DNA from: Eledone cirrhosa
Taxonomy: Eukaryota
Assembly (NCBI GenBank): GCA_964016885.1
Contig: OZ024746.1
Span: 89,032,001 to 89,096,000 of the forward strand
DNA length: 64,000 nucleotides
Reading direction: 5' to 3'
The notes under the pieces were generated by a model. That model had not been told where the DNA came from. It ran no database searches and saw only the letters and a program-made list of their open reading frames with translations. The translations under genes and the position numbers were made by a program. This document shows positions 61,489 through 64,000 of this stretch, one piece after another (within the stretch, counting starts at the first letter, position 1; each line of letters opens with the position of its first letter).

Positions 61489-62042
61489 TAATGCACTGGG
61501 TAATTGCTGGCCTTGTGCCTAAAGTAGAAACAATTATTTGTTGATAGGCGGTGGATTGGCGGTGGATTAGCGGTGGATTGGCGGTGGATTGGCGGTGGAG
61601 GGCGGTGGATTGGCGGTGGATGGCAGTGGATTGGCAGTATCGGTAGAGAGCCGGACACCATGCTTTGCAGTATAGAGTTACGGACCTTCATGATCTGAGT
61701 TCAAATCCTGCCGATGTTAACTTTGCCTTTCATCCTTACGCGGTCGATAAAATAAAGTACCAGTAATGTACTGGGATAATTGCTGGCCTTGTGCCAAAAG
61801 TAGAAACAATTATTTGCGGACAAGAGGGCAGTGGATTGCAAATATCGGTAGAGAGTCGGACCCCATGTTTTGCAGTATAGAGTTACGGCCCTTTTCAGTG
61901 TGAGTTCAAATCCCGCTGAGATTAACTTTGTCTTTCATCCTTACTGGGTCAATAAAATAAAGTACCAGTCACGCACTGGGGTCCATTTAATCGACTTTCC
62001 CCTCCCCCAAATTGCTGGCCTTGTGCTTCTATAAGAAATCAT
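61489..62042 (+). mobile_element. SINE family 1 tail fragment plus two copies
   Basis: Tail 61489-61537; copies ~61620-61815 and 61826-62042; 11-bp head repeat 61547-61635. Confidence 0.88.
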
Positions 62043-62158
62043 TACAGGTCTTTCACAGGCTTTCAGGATTCAAAAGTCATTTGAGATCTAATGCTTGGAA
62101 GGAACAAACAAAGTGCAAGAAGTGGTCAAGTTTTGTTTGGAGCAGACGACCTTCATAT

Positions 62159-62229
<71 letters not shown>

Positions 62230-62259
62230 TCGCTCTCTCTCTCACTCTCTCTCCCTCTC

Positions 62260-62358
<99 letters not shown>

Positions 62359-62408
62359 GTCTCTCTGTCTCTCGCTATCTCTCTCTATCTATCTACGTAC
62401 CTATCTAG

Positions 62409-62471
<63 letters not shown>

Positions 62472-62475
<4 letters not shown>

Positions 62476-62842
62476 CTTCAAAATATTAATAAATATAGAC
62501 ATTCATGTGATCAAATATATTTTATTATACATATTTCAGAGGTACTGAGCTATTTCAACAGTACGTCCTCATCAGATAAAATAAGTTGATGCCTGACATA
62601 CCTTGACTCATAGTCAAGGTATATCAGGCATCAACTTATTTTATCTGATGAGGACGTACTGTTGAAATAGCTCAGTACCTCTGAAATATGTATAATAAAA
62701 TATATTTGATCACATGAATGTCTATATTTATTAATATTTTGAAGTAATATTAATAACTCCAGAAAACCCACTGTAGAATGCTTCTAATCTATTGTGAAAC
62801 TTTATCCATTGATTAATTCATTGAACCTTGTTAAACTTTTAA
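62472..62842. mobile_element. Fold-back element with paired hammerheads
   Basis: ~137-bp arms around loop CAT at ~62610; the right arm extends ~90 nt further to (TA)n; same family as 49160-49385 and 49742-50050. Confidence 0.85.
62638..62701 (+). ncRNA. Minimal hammerhead (antisense twin at ~62519-62582)
   Basis: ATTTTAT-CTGATGA-GGACGTACTG-loop-CAGTACCTCT-GAAATATGTATA-ATAAAAT. Confidence 0.85.
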
Positions 62843-62940
62843 TCATATATATATATATTGGAAAATGTTATATTTATCTAAAGACATTTTTTCCAATTCC
62901 AACCCGCCCGTCCCTTATATCTATTTTATTTCTCATTCTT

Positions 62941-62976
62941 TCTTCTGATGAAGGACTAGCGTCCGAAACGTTAAGA
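62941..62976 (+). ncRNA. Minimal hammerhead ribozyme
   Basis: TCTT-CTGATGA-A-GGAC-TAGC-GTCC-GAAACGTT-AAGA; ACGT palindromic stem III; degenerate homolog on the minus strand at ~38515-38550. Confidence 0.8.
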
Positions 62977-63057
62977 CCCTCTTCCTGCTACTTTAAGCGT
63001 TAAAATCATATATTCCTTGTATATACTGTACCGATTGTGTTGTTATTTTTGTTTACC

Positions 63058-63112
<55 letters not shown>

Positions 63113-63300
63113 TATATATACCAACTCATAATTGTTTCTACTATTGGCTCAAGGCCAGAAATTACCCAGTACATTACTGGTACTTTATTTTATCGACCTC
63201 GTAAGGATGAAAGCAAAAGTTAACCAACTCATAATATTATAATATTATAAAATAAAATCGAATTATGTAGAACTACAAGTCAAGTCATTCTTTTCCTTTT

Positions 63301-63345
<45 letters not shown>

Positions 63346-63817
63346 TAAACACTACCAATAAATAAGCACTAAACTTAAACACTAGAGGCGATATGATTGA
63401 TTAAAATGAAGGTGGTGTCCCAGCATGATCGCATTCACATGATTTAAACAAATTAAAAGGCTAAAAGAATAAAAGAATGGATTTGTGAGTGTGCGTGCGT
63501 GTGCGTCACTGCATATGTGTGTACATATATTTATGTGTTTGTACGTGTGTGATTGTTTGTGTGTGCATGTCTGACATTGTTTGTGTTTTTGTCAACGCTA
63601 AGTAATGACGGTCGTTGCGTGTATATGTTCCAAAATGTATCAGTTTGACAAAACGTGATTGAGAAAATAAGTATCAAATTTGAAATATAAATATAGGGTT
63701 AAACTAAACCCAAGTATGGCTGCAATCAAATGACTCAATCCAGTAGAAAAGAGTTACATATTAAATGAGAGATTGATGATGGATTAATGAACAGAAAATC
63801 AGACAGATGTATGAATA

Positions 63818-63946
63818 CGGCCCTTGCCATTCTGAGTTCAAATCCTGCCGAGGTTAACTTTGCCTTTCATCCTTACGGGGTCGATAAAATAAAGTACCAG
63901 TAATGTACTGGTTTTGCTGGCCTTGTGCCAAAATGTAGAAACAATT
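63818..63946 (+). mobile_element. SINE family 1 copy, 5'-truncated
   Basis: GAGTTCAAATCC..GCCTTTCATCCTTACGGGGTCGATAAAATAAAGTACCAG..GTAGAAACAAT. Confidence 0.85.
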
Positions 63947-64000
63947 CTATAGTGGAGAAAATACATCTTAAATGAGAGATTGATAGACGAATGAACAGAA

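Overview
Eukaryotic, very AT-rich, repeat-saturated nuclear DNA with a 200-N gap (9942-10141). The microsatellite load and SINE types look like a cephalopod (Octopus-like) genome; this is inference. No host protein-coding gene is supportable, and most ORF-track entries are translated microsatellites. Recognisable mobile DNA: a full-length Tc1 element with DD36E spacing; a mariner relic whose catalytic-core codons have expanded into a 26-bp minisatellite; Tx1-clade LINE pieces, including an ORF1-only 'half-Tx1'; an RTE RT relic; an R4/Dong-type relic; two Penelope-like GIY-YIG relics; piggyBac- and hAT-like MITEs; and two tRNA-derived SINE families. The most striking unexplained structure is a dense population of short fold-back (inverted-repeat) elements embedded in (TA)n tracts. 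Many carry minimal type-I hammerhead ribozymes with palindromic stem III, often as a sense/antisense pair. Several otherwise divergent ends share the 11-mer GTATTGAGTAC about 40-50 nt from the microsatellite junction. All motif and structure calls were made by eye, so boundaries are approximate.
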